This document shows, piece after piece, positions 47,398 through 57,723 of a stretch of 64,000 bases of DNA. Below the pieces are notes generated by a model. It searched no databases. It saw only the letters and a list, made by a program, of their open reading frames with translations, and had not been told where the DNA came from. Position numbers and translations under genes: made by a program. The stretch is taken from assembly GCA_963754875.1 (NCBI GenBank), contig CAVWHO010000008.1:288001-352000 (forward strand). Reading direction: 5' to 3'. This DNA comes from Nitrospirota bacterium (GTDB lineage Bacteria; Nitrospirota; UBA9217). Numbering within the stretch: position 1 is the first letter of the stretch; each line of letters opens with the position of its first letter.

Positions 47398-48357
47398 TTA
47401 GTCGCTCTCTCTGCATAGGGACACCGATGCTTCGTCGGTAATCAGCCCCGCCGGCAAATCAGCAGGGCGGAACGGGGTAGTTGAAAAGTTAAAAATTTCG
47501 GAGATCGGCCTGAACTTGAATTCCTTCACGCAGCTTGCTAGCTTCTGTTCCGTGGTCCGGAGGTTGACGTAATGTCTGAACTTGGAAAGAAGGCCGCCGT
47601 GCAGCCTGGGCTGGTCCGCATCGACCTCCCAGGGATGGATATAAATCACTGCACCTTTCTTTTCGATCTCATTGATCCGTCTGATGATCGCTTTCGTCAA
47701 TCGCAACGGATAGAGCCTGAAATAGCCGCCTCCCGCTACGGGGATGTTTTGTCCGAGAAGCGTAAAGGTCGTCGGGGGAATTTCCATAATTTCACCGGCC
47801 CCTGTTTTGATCGTATGGAAGAAGCGTTGGGCCCCGGGGACGCCATAGCGATCATGGTGAACAGGGAAGATGCTCGAATCGTACTGGAACCCCTCTTCAA
47901 CCAGAATATCAAGGGCCCAAAACGTTTTTTTGACGATGGAATAGCTTGTAGCCCGATATCCTCTAACGGGCATCCCCGTGATATCTTCCAGCGTCTTTTT
48001 CGCCTTCCGAACGTCCTCCCGAAACTCCTCTTTCGTCAAGTCATATATTAACCGGTGGTTATAGCCATGGCAAGCGATTTCATGCCCGGCGGCCTGGATG
48101 TCTCTTACCAGCGAGCGGTAGTTTTCTCCGACCCATCCCAGAACAAAGAACGTTCCTTTGACGCCGTATTGCGCCAGGAGTTCGAGAATCCGGTGGGTAT
48201 TCCGCTCAACCCGGCATTCATAGCGGGGCCAGTCCTCAAACTTGATGCCGGAGGCAAATGCGGAGACCATGAAATAGTCTTCCACGTCGACGGTGAGGGC
48301 GTTCCAGATCGTATCGGGGTCCCGGGGTCCCTGCTGAAAGGTCTGTTTTTCGGACAT
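47398..48357 (-). CDS. Polysaccharide deacetylase, exosortase A-associated (DUF3473) type
   Basis: NALTVDVEDYF, ACHGYNH, YDSSIFP, GGGYFR and YIHPWEVD; start placed at MSEKQ. Confidence 0.9.
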   Translation of the reverse strand: MSEKQTFQQGPRDPDTIWNALTVDVEDYFMVSAFASGIKFEDWPRYECRVERNTHRILELLAQYGVKGTFFVLGWVGENYRSLVRDIQAAGHEIACHGYNHRLIYDLTKEEFREDVRKAKKTLEDITGMPVRGYRATSYSIVKKTFWALDILVEEGFQYDSSIFPVHHDRYGVPGAQRFFHTIKTGAGEIMEIPPTTFTLLGQNIPVAGGGYFRLYPLRLTKAIIRRINEIEKKGAVIYIHPWEVDADQPRLHGGLLSKFRHYVNLRTTEQKLASCVKEFKFRPISEIFNFSTTPFRPADLPAGLITDEASVSLCRESD

Positions 48358-49383
48358 CAGGGTGCCAGTCTTTCCTGTGCCGCACAGACGAGCTTGTCGT
48401 CCTGCTTCGCATAAATTTTTTGATAGCCTTCTTCCCTCGTCATGACCCCTTCCCGCACCATATTGGCGATCTCCCAGACATAGGGATGAAAATGATAGCG
48501 TTTCACATGGACGTCGTTCGCATAGGCGTTCAGCAGACAGTTGCTTGAGTTGCTGTCCGTGTCCGTCGGGGCTGTCCACCCGAATTGCCGGATTTCGTGT
48601 ATGATCATCTCTTCATTATAGAACTCCCATGCCATGGGATGAACATTGTAGGGAAATCGCCCGGGGTCTGCATAGTGTCTCTCTTCGAGGAAATATGCTT
48701 CAACCTCCTCGCCGGCCACTTGGCGGAGGGGACCAAGGATCGCCTGCTGGGCCATCCTCACGAGCGAGGGATTGTTCTTCATGATCGATGATTCCACGGG
48801 CGCCTGGCCGGGAGACCACCCGAACCCGATCATCGGAATGTCCTGTTCCACGGCCATTTTCAGGCACATCGACTTTACCAGGCCGATGCAGGAGGTGCAT
48901 ATGGTGCTCGCCCGTTCCAGGGTCTTTTTCGAATAGAGCTCCCGCTCCGCCGCCGTCGAAAAGATCTTTTTCAGAAGATCCCACCGCGGCTTGAAGAAGA
49001 CATGATCGACGCCGAGGCTGTCCGTTACGTTCTTGATGTTCGTCATAGCCGCCGGGGACACGAATCCGTTGTCGAGGCTCATTGCCAAAACCCTCAGTTT
49101 GTACTTGTTCCTGAGCAGGCCCATGGTGTACGTCGAGTCTTTGCCGCCGCTGTACGCCATCAGAACGTCATAGGCCCGATGACCGGCGCTGCCGGCCTTG
49201 TTCCCGGACCGGGACGCTACCTGGTTCATCAGCTCGAAGAAACTTCAGCTTGTACTCGTGTTTCGTGTCTGCAAGCCGTTCTTTTTTACGGACGAACTGC
49301 TGGCAATGGCTGCACAGCCCGTCGGCGTTGAAGCTAACTCCGGGAAAGGTTTCCGGCAATATGCACTGAGAGCAGATTTTCAT
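48357..49383 (-). pseudogene. N-acetyl-sugar amidotransferase-like PP-loop ATPase split by a single frameshift
   Basis: MKICSQC...GLCSHC (49383 to about 49237) continues in another frame as ELMNQ...YDVLMAYSGGKDST...CTSC...SSNC. Confidence 0.75.
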
Positions 49384-49405
49384 GGTTATCTCCGTCGATT
49401 CACAC

Positions 49406-50974
49406 TTAGCGAACTGCTTCGCCCGCAAGGTTCTCTTCCTTGAGCAAAAATTTCCGTATTTTACCCGAACTCGTTTTCGGCAACTCATCGGTAAATACGA
49501 CTTCCTTCGGTATTTTGAAAGATGCAAGTTTTGTCTGGCAGTGCCGCTGGACCTTTTTTGTATCCTGTTCGAATCCGTCTTTCAGCACGATGACCGCCCG
49601 TATCGCCTCGCCGAGGATCTCATCGGGGACGCCCACGACGCAGACCTCGTGGACTTCGCTCATTTCGAGGATCACTTCTTCAATTTCCTTCGGGCTGATG
49701 CGATGGGCGCCGCTTTTGATCATGTCGCTCCTGCGACCCACGATATAGAGATAACCGTCCTCGTCCCTCCTGCCGATGTCGCCGGTATAGAGTCTGCCTT
49801 CCTTCAATACCTTGCTCGTCTGCTCGGGGTCGTTCCAGTAGCCGGCCATGATGTTTTTCCCTCGTGCGACGATCTCCCCTTCCTGGCCGTCGCTCGCCGG
49901 CTTCCCGCCTTCGCCGACGACTTCGATCTCCACGCCCGGAATTGCTTTCCCGATCGAACCGGGCCGCTTCAGGAGGCCCTCCGGCTCCAGGTAGGCCAGC
50001 CGCGCCGTCGCCTCGGTCTGGCCATACATGATATAGACGTGAGTATTCGGCAAAACGAGGGAAAGTTCCCGCGCGTGCTGCGGCGACATTGCCCCGCCCG
50101 CCTGGGTCACGTAACGGAGGTGCGGGAACCGGTAGTTCCTGATGTTCGAGCGGTTGAGCATGATGGCGAAAGTGGACGGCACTCCTGCAAAGCCCGTGAC
50201 CTCCTCTTCGACCATCTTGTCGAATACGGCATTCGGGTACATAAAACTGTTTTCGAGCACCAGCGCCCCTCCTGCCAGCAAATGGGTCGTGAGCAGAGAT
50301 TTTCCGTAGGAATAGCAGAAGGGCAGTACGACCATGACCTTGTCATGCTCGGTAAGCCGCAGATATTCAATAATCGACCGTGCATTCGCCAGATAATTGT
50401 CATGGGACAGCATGACGCCCTTCGGCTTGCCGGTCGTGCCGGACGTATAAACTATCGAAGAGATGTCCGCTCCGGTCAATGCAATAGACGCGTCGTTGCT
50501 CACTCCATCGTTTTGGATTTCGCCCCATGTCGCATACTGGATATGCGCGGGAAGTTTCCCTGCCAAGCACGACGGTCCAGCCGGCGATTTTTCAATTTCA
50601 ATCATCATGCGGATTGACGGCGTTTCCTTGACTGCCTCGTTTGCAACAGGGGCATACGTATGCTCGACGATCAGCACTGAAACAGCGCAGTGGTTGATGA
50701 TTGTTTTGATCTCATGCCGGGAATCCTGAAAGTTTATGTCAACGGAGATCCCTCCCGCCCGCTGTATGCCGAGGTAGGCGGCTACATAGGCGGCTGAGTT
50801 TTTGCTGAGGATGCCGACGCGGTCGCCTTTTCTGACGTTGTTTCGCAGTAAAAATGACGCGACCTTCGCAGTGCTCTGCTCAAGCTCGAGATAGGAGACC
50901 CGCTGCCGGCCCTGGATGACCGCAACAGAATCAGGTTTGTGTCGTGCTCTCTGGGTTATAAAAGAGTGTAGCAT
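49406..50974 (-). CDS. AMP-forming acyl/aminoacyl ligase (ANL superfamily)
   Basis: YTSGTTGKPKG, YGQTE, TGD, GRRSDMIK and PKTSSGK. Confidence 0.93.
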   Translation of the reverse strand: MLHSFITQRARHKPDSVAVIQGRQRVSYLELEQSTAKVASFLLRNNVRKGDRVGILSKNSAAYVAAYLGIQRAGGISVDINFQDSRHEIKTIINHCAVSVLIVEHTYAPVANEAVKETPSIRMMIEIEKSPAGPSCLAGKLPAHIQYATWGEIQNDGVSNDASIALTGADISSIVYTSGTTGKPKGVMLSHDNYLANARSIIEYLRLTEHDKVMVVLPFCYSYGKSLLTTHLLAGGALVLENSFMYPNAVFDKMVEEEVTGFAGVPSTFAIMLNRSNIRNYRFPHLRYVTQAGGAMSPQHARELSLVLPNTHVYIMYGQTEATARLAYLEPEGLLKRPGSIGKAIPGVEIEVVGEGGKPASDGQEGEIVARGKNIMAGYWNDPEQTSKVLKEGRLYTGDIGRRDEDGYLYIVGRRSDMIKSGAHRISPKEIEEVILEMSEVHEVCVVGVPDEILGEAIRAVIVLKDGFEQDTKKVQRHCQTKLASFKIPKEVVFTDELPKTSSGKIRKFLLKEENLAGEAVR

Positions 50975-50982
50975 GGCTCGCT

Positions 50983-51282
50983 TTAGGAGACCGGGGAAGC
51001 AGCGGTTTGTCCGGCATCGACCCGTGTTTTATCTGTTATTTCCTGTTTACTTACAATAAAAGCTTCGAGCTTGCTCAAGGAATCGAAGTTGTTGGGGATG
51101 AGCTCATCGTCCTTCACTTTGATGTTGAAGGTCTCCTGTACAAAGGAGACCAGTTCGAGCACTCCCGTTGAATCAATGATCCCATTTTCCAGAAACGAGA
51201 CATCATCGCCGAGGGTGTTGTCGTCGTGGCCGTAGAGGAAGTTTTCAATAATGTATTTCCGTATTTCAGATTTTATGTCCAT
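50983..51282 (-). CDS. Acyl carrier protein
   Basis: Small acidic protein with GIIDSTGVLELV phosphopantetheine site. Confidence 0.92.
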   Translation of the reverse strand: MDIKSEIRKYIIENFLYGHDDNTLGDDVSFLENGIIDSTGVLELVSFVQETFNIKVKDDELIPNNFDSLSKLEAFIVSKQEITDKTRVDAGQTAASPVS

Positions 51283-51387
51283 TGCGTTCAACCCCCATCG
51301 TCAGTGTACTGTGCTTTTCAATTCGTAAGAAGTCTTTTGATCAGTATGGTATATGTGCGGCTCGCTGCGTCTGGCGAAGCACACATC

Positions 51388-51942
51388 TTAATTGATGACC
51401 GCTGCCACTGCCAGGGACAGATCCCCGGTCAAATTGACCGTGGAATCAGAAACATCGAATCCCGTGGCTTCGTCCAGCGTCGGCTGGATGAAATCCGAAG
51501 CACTCGGGTTCGTGCCTGCGCTGATATCGCAGGTTATCGTGCAAAAGGCGCCCGCACTGAATCCGCTTGCGCTAACGATATGAACCTTCACCGTTGCAGG
51601 CATGCCGCCGGCCGCTGCCGTGTAGACTGCACTGATCTGGGATCCGGATGCGGAACCAGTGGCAGTGACCATAGTCGGGTCCGCGACCAGGATCGCAGTG
51701 TTGACGCTGTCAGGGGATGCTTTGACGGTTACACCGGCGGGCAGCGTGATCGTGACATCATAGCCATTGATCGTGGTTGTGGCTGGGATCGTGCCCGTGA
51801 CCGCGGTCGAAAGCGTGAGCACTGCGGTTGTGGGCTGCGGGGGAGTATTGTTGCCGCCCCCCCCGCCCCCACCGCCGCAATGGGGAAGAATTATCAATGC
51901 GCCAACAAGCATGAGTAAATTCAGTAGTGATTTCATTTTCAT
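51388..51942 (-). CDS. Lipoprotein with a beta-sandwich, possibly cohesin-like, domain
   Basis: GGAGG RBS, signal peptide ending LPHC-G7, then a beta-rich domain (GYDVTITLPAGVTV...VKVHIVSASGFSAGAFCTITCD). Confidence 0.7.
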   Translation of the reverse strand: MKMKSLLNLLMLVGALIILPHCGGGGGGGGNNTPPQPTTAVLTLSTAVTGTIPATTTINGYDVTITLPAGVTVKASPDSVNTAILVADPTMVTATGSASGSQISAVYTAAAGGMPATVKVHIVSASGFSAGAFCTITCDISAGTNPSASDFIQPTLDEATGFDVSDSTVNLTGDLSLAVAAVIN

Positions 51943-52014
51943 GGTCAATCCTCCAAAATATTCTTTCGCACTTTTTGAGCGCCGTATCATATCGGGAAAT
52001 CCACCTTCTGACAG

Positions 52015-52058
52015 GGTCACAGGAATAACGCAAAGTTCGTCTGATCATCCCTGTGACC
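52015..52058 (-). other. Intergenic stem-loop between the adhesin and lipoprotein genes
   Basis: Minus strand GGTCACAGGGATGA pairs with TTATTCCTGTGACC (14 bp including G-U); no U tract. Confidence 0.6.
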
Positions 52059-52071
52059 TTGTCAGTTTATT

Positions 52072-55000
52072 TTACCAGCTGGGCAGCCCCACTGCTTTCC
52101 TCAGGATCGCGACTACGTCCGCAATGTCGATCTTCCCGTCCGGCTTACGTTGGCCATTTGCCAGCGGCGCCACGTCTCCATGTGCGAGATCATCCTGCGT
52201 CGGCGTATCGATACCTGCCGCAAACCGGAGGGCCTTGAGCGCGTCGGTAGCGTTCACAGCGCCAGTATTGCCATTTAACTTGCCGTCGGCCATGACGACA
52301 TTAAGAGGCTGCTGTACGGAGGTTGCAGCATTGTAGTTGTTGTCTCCTGCCTGTGATACAGTGATCGTCGTGGTCCCCGCACCCACGATATGAATATTGC
52401 TACCTACTATCGTTGCCACAAAACTGTTCGAGCTGGTGTAGGTGACCGGAAGACTTGAACTAGCAGAGGCCCCGACTGCAAAATCGGCATCTCCATAGAT
52501 TTTCGCAGAAAGCGAACCGAAAGTGATTGTCTGGTTCGCCTTGTTCACGGTCAGCAGTTGCGGCACAGAGGGCGCCGCATTGTAGTTGCTGTCTCCCGAC
52601 TGTGATGCGGTGATCGTAGTGGTTCCCGCTCCCACGATATGGATAGTGTTACCTACAACCGTTGCCACTGCGGGATTCGAGCTGTTATAAGTAACCGTAA
52701 GAGTCGAACTGACCGATGCTCCCAGAGCAAAATCGCTGTCACCGTAGGTCTTCGCCGCCAGCGCACCAAAGGTAATCGTCTGGTTCGCTTTGTTCACGGT
52801 AAGGGGCTGTAGTACGGGGATCGCTGGGTTATAGTTGTTGTCTCCGGGCTGTGATGCAGTGATCGTTGTGGCCCCCGGGCCCACGATATGGATGTTGTTA
52901 CCTACGACCGTCGCCACTGCGGGGTTTGAGCTGGCGTACAATACCTGTAAGCCGGAGTTTGACGCTGCCCCAGGCGAGAAATCGGCGTCACCGTAGCTCT
53001 TCGCTGCAGGCGCGCTGAAGGTGATTATTTGGTTTGCTTTGTCCACGAACTGTGTCAGCGCCGGGGATGATGTCGATCCGCCGTAGTTGGCGTCACCATT
53101 GTATGCCGCCGTTATTGCATGCGAGCCGCCACCCAGAGTGCTCGTGCTGAATAAGGTTGAGCCGTTACTCAATGTACTCGTGCCGAGGATTGTCGTACCG
53201 TTGTCCTTGAAAGTCACCGTACCGCTTGGTGTGCCGGTCGAGCCTGAGGTGACCGTTGATGAAAAGGTCAGGCTAGTTCCGTAGGTCGACGGGTTCGTGC
53301 CTATGGACATGAGTATACTCGTCGTCGTCATGTAATTAACTACGGTCTGCACGAGAGGCGTCACGGTGGATGGTTGGTTGAAATTCGCGTCTCCATTGTA
53401 CGTCGCTGTTATTGTGTTCGTACCCAACGTACTAAGTGCTATAACTAAGGTAGCTGTCCCGCCTGATAAATTTGCCGATCCCAGGGAAATTCCGTTATCA
53501 GAAAACTGCACGGAACCGCTAGGAATTCCGCCGGCGCTGGCAATTGTCGCTGTGAAGGTCACAGGCGTGTTGATAGCCGATGTCTGGAAATTGGACGTTA
53601 TACTCATAACCGTTGTTGCCTTGTTAATCTGCACGACTGCAGACTGCGATGAACTTGATGTGTTATAGTTCCCATCACCGCCGTAGGCCGCTGATATAGA
53701 GTGTGACCCGACTCCGATGGTGCTTGTTGTATAAGATGCTATGCCGCTTAACACTGTGCCTGTTCCAATGGGCGATACACCATCATAAAACGTCACCGTG
53801 CCGGTCGCCCCGGCCCCTGTAACATTGGCTGTAAAGGTCACGGGGCTACCGTAGGTTGCCGATGCGGCACTGGGAGATACACTCGTTGTTGACGAAGCCA
53901 GATTTACTGTCTGAGCAATAGCAGGTGACGTTGATGTTGAGAAGTTCGTATCGCCGTTGTAAACTGCCGTTATCGAATGCGGGCTCCCAACGACGCCTAG
54001 AGTGTTCGTAGTATAGGTGGCTACACCAGAGGTGATCGTTCCCGTTCCGAGGAGGGTCGCGCCGTCCTTGAACGTTACCGTACCAGTAGGAGTGCCACCC
54101 GGACTGGTGACCGTAGCCGTAAAGGACACGGACGTTCCGAACGTCGACGAATTATTATTTGACACAACGACTGCTGCTGTTGATGCTTGATTTATGGTCT
54201 GAGTCACGGCGACTGACGTTGATGTCGCGAAGTTCGTGTCTCCGCTGTAGACCGCCGTTATCGAGTGCGAACCCACTGTGAGGGCGCTCGTGGTATACGT
54301 AGCCGTACCAGCAGAGAGTGGCCCTGACCCGAGGGTTACCGCGCCGTCCTTGAACGTTACCGTGCCACTCGCACCTACACCGCTGACCGTCGCCGTAAAG
54401 GTGACCGGATTTCCATAGGTAGAAGTAGGTGACGACGATACAACGGCCGGTGTCGACGTAGCCTGACCGACGTTCTGGGTAATGGCAACTGATGTTGAGG
54501 TCGCGAAGTTCGTGTCTCCACTGTAGACCGCCGTTATCGAGTGCGAACCTGTTGTGAGGGCGCTCGTGGCATAGGTGGCCGTACCAGCAGAGAGCGGCCC
54601 TGACCCGAGAGTTCCCGCACCATCCTTGAACGTTACCGTGCCACTCGCCCCGGCGCCGCTGACCGTCGCTGTAAAGGTGACCGGGTTTCCATAGGTAGAA
54701 GTAGGTGAAGACGAGACCACAGTCGGTGTCGACGTAGCCTGACCGACGTTCTGGGTAATGGCAACTGATGTTGAGGTCGCGAAGTTGGTGTCTCCACTGT
54801 AGACCGCCGTTATCGAGTGAGAACCCACTGTGAGGGCGCTCGTGGTATACGTGGCCGTACCACCAGAGAGCGGCCCTGATCCGAGAGTTCCAGCACCATC
54901 CATGAACGTTACCGTCCCGGTCGCACCGATGGTGACCGTCGCCGTAAATGTAACGGGGCTGCCATAAGTCGATGGGTTTGCACTGGGAGACACACTCGTT

Positions 55001-57558
55001 ATTGACGAAGCCTGAGTTATTATTTGAGTGATGGGAACTGACGTTGATGTTGCGAAATTTGCATCACTGTTATAAACCGCTGTTATCGTATGCGTGCCAG
55101 CGCTGAGAATGCTCGTAAGATAGGTGGCTGTATTTGGCGACGCGCCGGATAACGTTCCTGTGCCGATCGGTGCCCCGTTATCATTAAACGTCACCGTCCC
55201 GGTCGCGCCGGAGGTGATCGTTGCTGTGAAGGTAACTGCGCTTCCGTATGCCGCCGAAGGCGACGATGAGCCGACGCTCGATGTCGTTGACGCCTTGTTT
55301 ACGGTCTGAGTAATGACGCTTGATGTTGATCCCGCGAAGTTCGTGTCGCCGCCATAGACTGCTGTTATCGTATGCGTCCCCCCGCTCAGAATGGGGGAGG
55401 TGATATAGGTGGCTGTATTAGGCGAACCACCAGACAAATTGCCAATGCCGATTGTATTCACTCCGTCCATGAACGTTACTGAGCCAGTCGCGGTGGAGGT
55501 GACCGTGGCCGTAAAGGTGACTGGATTTCCGTATGATGATGTGGGTGACGATGAAGTAACGCTGGTTGCTGACGCTATCGCGGTTATCGTCAGCGTGCCG
55601 TTCACGAATTGGAAACCGTAATTGACGGCTGTAAGAGAGCCAGCGGCTGCGATGATGGGATAGGTTCCCTGCGGGGATGTTGATGTTGCCGCCGTTGTAA
55701 GCGACGGCGTGCCGGTCAACACAGACGAGTTCTGGCTGTTCACAAATCCGGTGTACAATGCAGTGAATGTGGGGTTACTTGAAAGATAAGGCCTGCTCAC
55801 GTTGTTTGCTGTCACTGTTAGTAATACCGGGGTCACTGTCAGTGTGCCGGTCGCAAAACTCGCGGCGTAACTTCCCGCCCCTGCGTACGTCGCGGTCACC
55901 ACATTATCCCCCGCCGAGATCGTTGTAGAGGAGTACACGGCGCTGCCGTTACTCAGAGTCAACGTCGTGGTTGGTCCGCTGTTGATTTTTAACCCCACTT
56001 GGCCTGTAGGCGTCCCCGTGGTCGCGCTTACGTTCACTGTCACCGTGCTGGATCCATAAGACGATACAGGTGCGATGATTGATGTCGATGTCGTTGTTTT
56101 TCCATCATTATAGACTCGCGCCACATAACTACGCGTTACGCCGCTTACCAGGGTGAATCCTCCGCCGATAATGATCTGAGTACCTGACGGCGATGAAGCA
56201 ACCGAGTAAACAGGGCCGTTGGCATTCGGGTCAAAGGTCGTGTCCAAGTTGCCGGCGGGTGAGGAGAATAACGCAACGTTATTGCGCGTTACCGCGCCTA
56301 TGGCGTTAAAGGAGCCGCCGGTTATGATCTGAGTGCCCGACGGCATCGAAAAAACAGAGTTAACCGGTCCGCTGGCATTCGGATAAGTGCCGATGCTGCC
56401 GTCCGAGTTCAACAACTGAAGGTAAGGCTGTCCTGTAGTCGGATCGTTAATACCGCCCCCAACTACGACTGACCCGTCTGACTGTCTCGCGATCGAATAG
56501 ACTTGGTCCTCGCCGGTGATTCTTGCGGAATTGAAACTCGTGTCTTGCGATCCGTTGGACATGTTGAGGAGTGTGACATAGTTTACGAGTGAGGTGATGT
56601 ATCCGCGTCCTGAGTCAGTGGACATACATTGGCCATAATCGACAAGAGTCGATCCATCAGCGTCAATGCAGGCGGGCACTGTAGCTGTGGGCGCACTTAA
56701 GGGGTTTGAGGGGTCTGATAAATAAACGTGTAATGTAGTCGTAGCCGCGCTACTGGTGCCACAATACGTACATTGCATTTTGTAAAAAACTCCACCTGCC
56801 GTAATCTTCTTGTTCGAAGCGAATGATCCTGTGTCCTGCACAATAATCGAATTAACAGTACTGCTCACATTGGGAGTAAAGGTTGCATCCATGATACCTG
56901 TGCCGGTGCCTGCTGTCAGCAGCCGAACGAAGAAAGGATGCAGTCCCGTAGTATTGTACGGCATAGTGCTTACTGTTGGGCAGGAGCTCAAATTTACATT
57001 TTTAAAAGTACCGCCAACGAGTAGATTTCCATCTGCCTGCAATGCAAGCGCAGCCACCGACGTAGCATCCGGTTGACTCGGGTCGCAATTATTTAATTGC
57101 GGATTAAAGGTTGCATCAATAGTACCGTCGGAGTTCAGACGCATCATGCCTTTGTAGGGATTTTTAAAATTCCCTCCGATGATGATCTTGTTGCTATTTG
57201 TTGGTTGTGTGACGATTTGATCGACCGTACCATCAAGAAGAGAATTCACATTGCTATTGAACGCACTATCAGGGGTGCCATCTAAGTTGAAACGCGCAAG
57301 CCAATTGCTCGGCCCGCTGATGTATCCGCCGACAAGGACTTTGCCGTCCGGTTGCACAAAGACTTTAGTCACGCACTCTTGTGGATTGGGTCGATCTGGG
57401 TTGCAAGTCACATTAGGATTGAAGGAATCGGTGACCCAGGCGCCGAAGCTCGTTGCCGGAAGCATCAATGCTCCCGCGAGTACAAGGCAGGTCGCCAGGA
57501 ACAACAACTTCCCTCTCATTAAATTCGTGATTATCCGCCTCTCACGTATCATATCCAA
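52072..57558 (-). CDS. Giant secreted surface protein: delta-60-like propeller repeats, MBG-like domain, about 10 Ig-like (Big_3) domains, three KANQxITF repeats and a C-terminal dockerin-like domain
   Basis: Signal peptide; QPDGKVLVGG / RLNSDGTIDATF repeats; repeated VTFTATV...GTVTFKDG...HSITAVYSGDTNF; terminal DGKLNG...TDALKALR / DGKIDIADVVAILR. Confidence 0.9.
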   Translation of the reverse strand: MDMIRERRIITNLMRGKLLFLATCLVLAGALMLPATSFGAWVTDSFNPNVTCNPDRPNPQECVTKVFVQPDGKVLVGGYISGPSNWLARFNLDGTPDSAFNSNVNSLLDGTVDQIVTQPTNSNKIIIGGNFKNPYKGMMRLNSDGTIDATFNPQLNNCDPSQPDATSVAALALQADGNLLVGGTFKNVNLSSCPTVSTMPYNTTGLHPFFVRLLTAGTGTGIMDATFTPNVSSTVNSIIVQDTGSFASNKKITAGGVFYKMQCTYCGTSSAATTTLHVYLSDPSNPLSAPTATVPACIDADGSTLVDYGQCMSTDSGRGYITSLVNYVTLLNMSNGSQDTSFNSARITGEDQVYSIARQSDGSVVVGGGINDPTTGQPYLQLLNSDGSIGTYPNASGPVNSVFSMPSGTQIITGGSFNAIGAVTRNNVALFSSPAGNLDTTFDPNANGPVYSVASSPSGTQIIIGGGFTLVSGVTRSYVARVYNDGKTTTSTSIIAPVSSYGSSTVTVNVSATTGTPTGQVGLKINSGPTTTLTLSNGSAVYSSTTISAGDNVVTATYAGAGSYAASFATGTLTVTPVLLTVTANNVSRPYLSSNPTFTALYTGFVNSQNSSVLTGTPSLTTAATSTSPQGTYPIIAAAGSLTAVNYGFQFVNGTLTITAIASATSVTSSSPTSSYGNPVTFTATVTSTATGSVTFMDGVNTIGIGNLSGGSPNTATYITSPILSGGTHTITAVYGGDTNFAGSTSSVITQTVNKASTTSSVGSSSPSAAYGSAVTFTATITSGATGTVTFNDNGAPIGTGTLSGASPNTATYLTSILSAGTHTITAVYNSDANFATSTSVPITQIITQASSITSVSPSANPSTYGSPVTFTATVTIGATGTVTFMDGAGTLGSGPLSGGTATYTTSALTVGSHSITAVYSGDTNFATSTSVAITQNVGQATSTPTVVSSSPTSTYGNPVTFTATVSGAGASGTVTFKDGAGTLGSGPLSAGTATYATSALTTGSHSITAVYSGDTNFATSTSVAITQNVGQATSTPAVVSSSPTSTYGNPVTFTATVSGVGASGTVTFKDGAVTLGSGPLSAGTATYTTSALTVGSHSITAVYSGDTNFATSTSVAVTQTINQASTAAVVVSNNNSSTFGTSVSFTATVTSPGGTPTGTVTFKDGATLLGTGTITSGVATYTTNTLGVVGSPHSITAVYNGDTNFSTSTSPAIAQTVNLASSTTSVSPSAASATYGSPVTFTANVTGAGATGTVTFYDGVSPIGTGTVLSGIASYTTSTIGVGSHSISAAYGGDGNYNTSSSSQSAVVQINKATTVMSITSNFQTSAINTPVTFTATIASAGGIPSGSVQFSDNGISLGSANLSGGTATLVIALSTLGTNTITATYNGDANFNQPSTVTPLVQTVVNYMTTTSILMSIGTNPSTYGTSLTFSSTVTSGSTGTPSGTVTFKDNGTTILGTSTLSNGSTLFSTSTLGGGSHAITAAYNGDANYGGSTSSPALTQFVDKANQIITFSAPAAKSYGDADFSPGAASNSGLQVLYASSNPAVATVVGNNIHIVGPGATTITASQPGDNNYNPAIPVLQPLTVNKANQTITFGALAAKTYGDSDFALGASVSSTLTVTYNSSNPAVATVVGNTIHIVGAGTTTITASQSGDSNYNAAPSVPQLLTVNKANQTITFGSLSAKIYGDADFAVGASASSSLPVTYTSSNSFVATIVGSNIHIVGAGTTTITVSQAGDNNYNAATSVQQPLNVVMADGKLNGNTGAVNATDALKALRFAAGIDTPTQDDLAHGDVAPLANGQRKPDGKIDIADVVAILRKAVGLPSW
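54185..55010 (-). repeat. Three near-identical tandem 276-bp Ig-domain repeats
   Basis: tcgcgaagtt...gtagaccgccgttatcgagtg recurs at 54225, 54501 and 54777. Confidence 0.85.
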
Positions 57559-57707
57559 ACTCCTTTCATCTTTTCCTTTGGTTCAATTTCGTAACGATAT
57601 ATCATAATTGATCTTTTTGTGATGAGTTCGCCCGCTTGGAAATTTTACTTTTCTAAAAAGAACGCGACTAAGAATTTGTACGCCTTTTACCTTACACTAA
57701 TTCTTAT

Positions 57708-57723
57708 AGCAAGAATTATACCT
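57708..57723 (-). promoter_or_regulatory. Putative sigma54 (-24/-12) promoter of the giant adhesin
   Basis: Minus strand aGGTATaattcTTGCT (GG-N10-GC), about 150 nt upstream of the start. Confidence 0.5.

Noticed and set aside
49406..51282. NRPS/PKS or lasso-peptide cluster (adenylation enzyme, carrier protein, AsnB-like proteins)
   Set aside because: No condensation or ketosynthase domain and no lasso precursor or B protein; both AsnB proteins keep the N-terminal Cys glutaminase and lie among glycan genes.
54185..55010. CRISPR array or non-coding tandem repeat
   Set aside because: The periods are multiples of three inside an open frame and encode Ig domains; there is no repeat-spacer structure and no cas gene.
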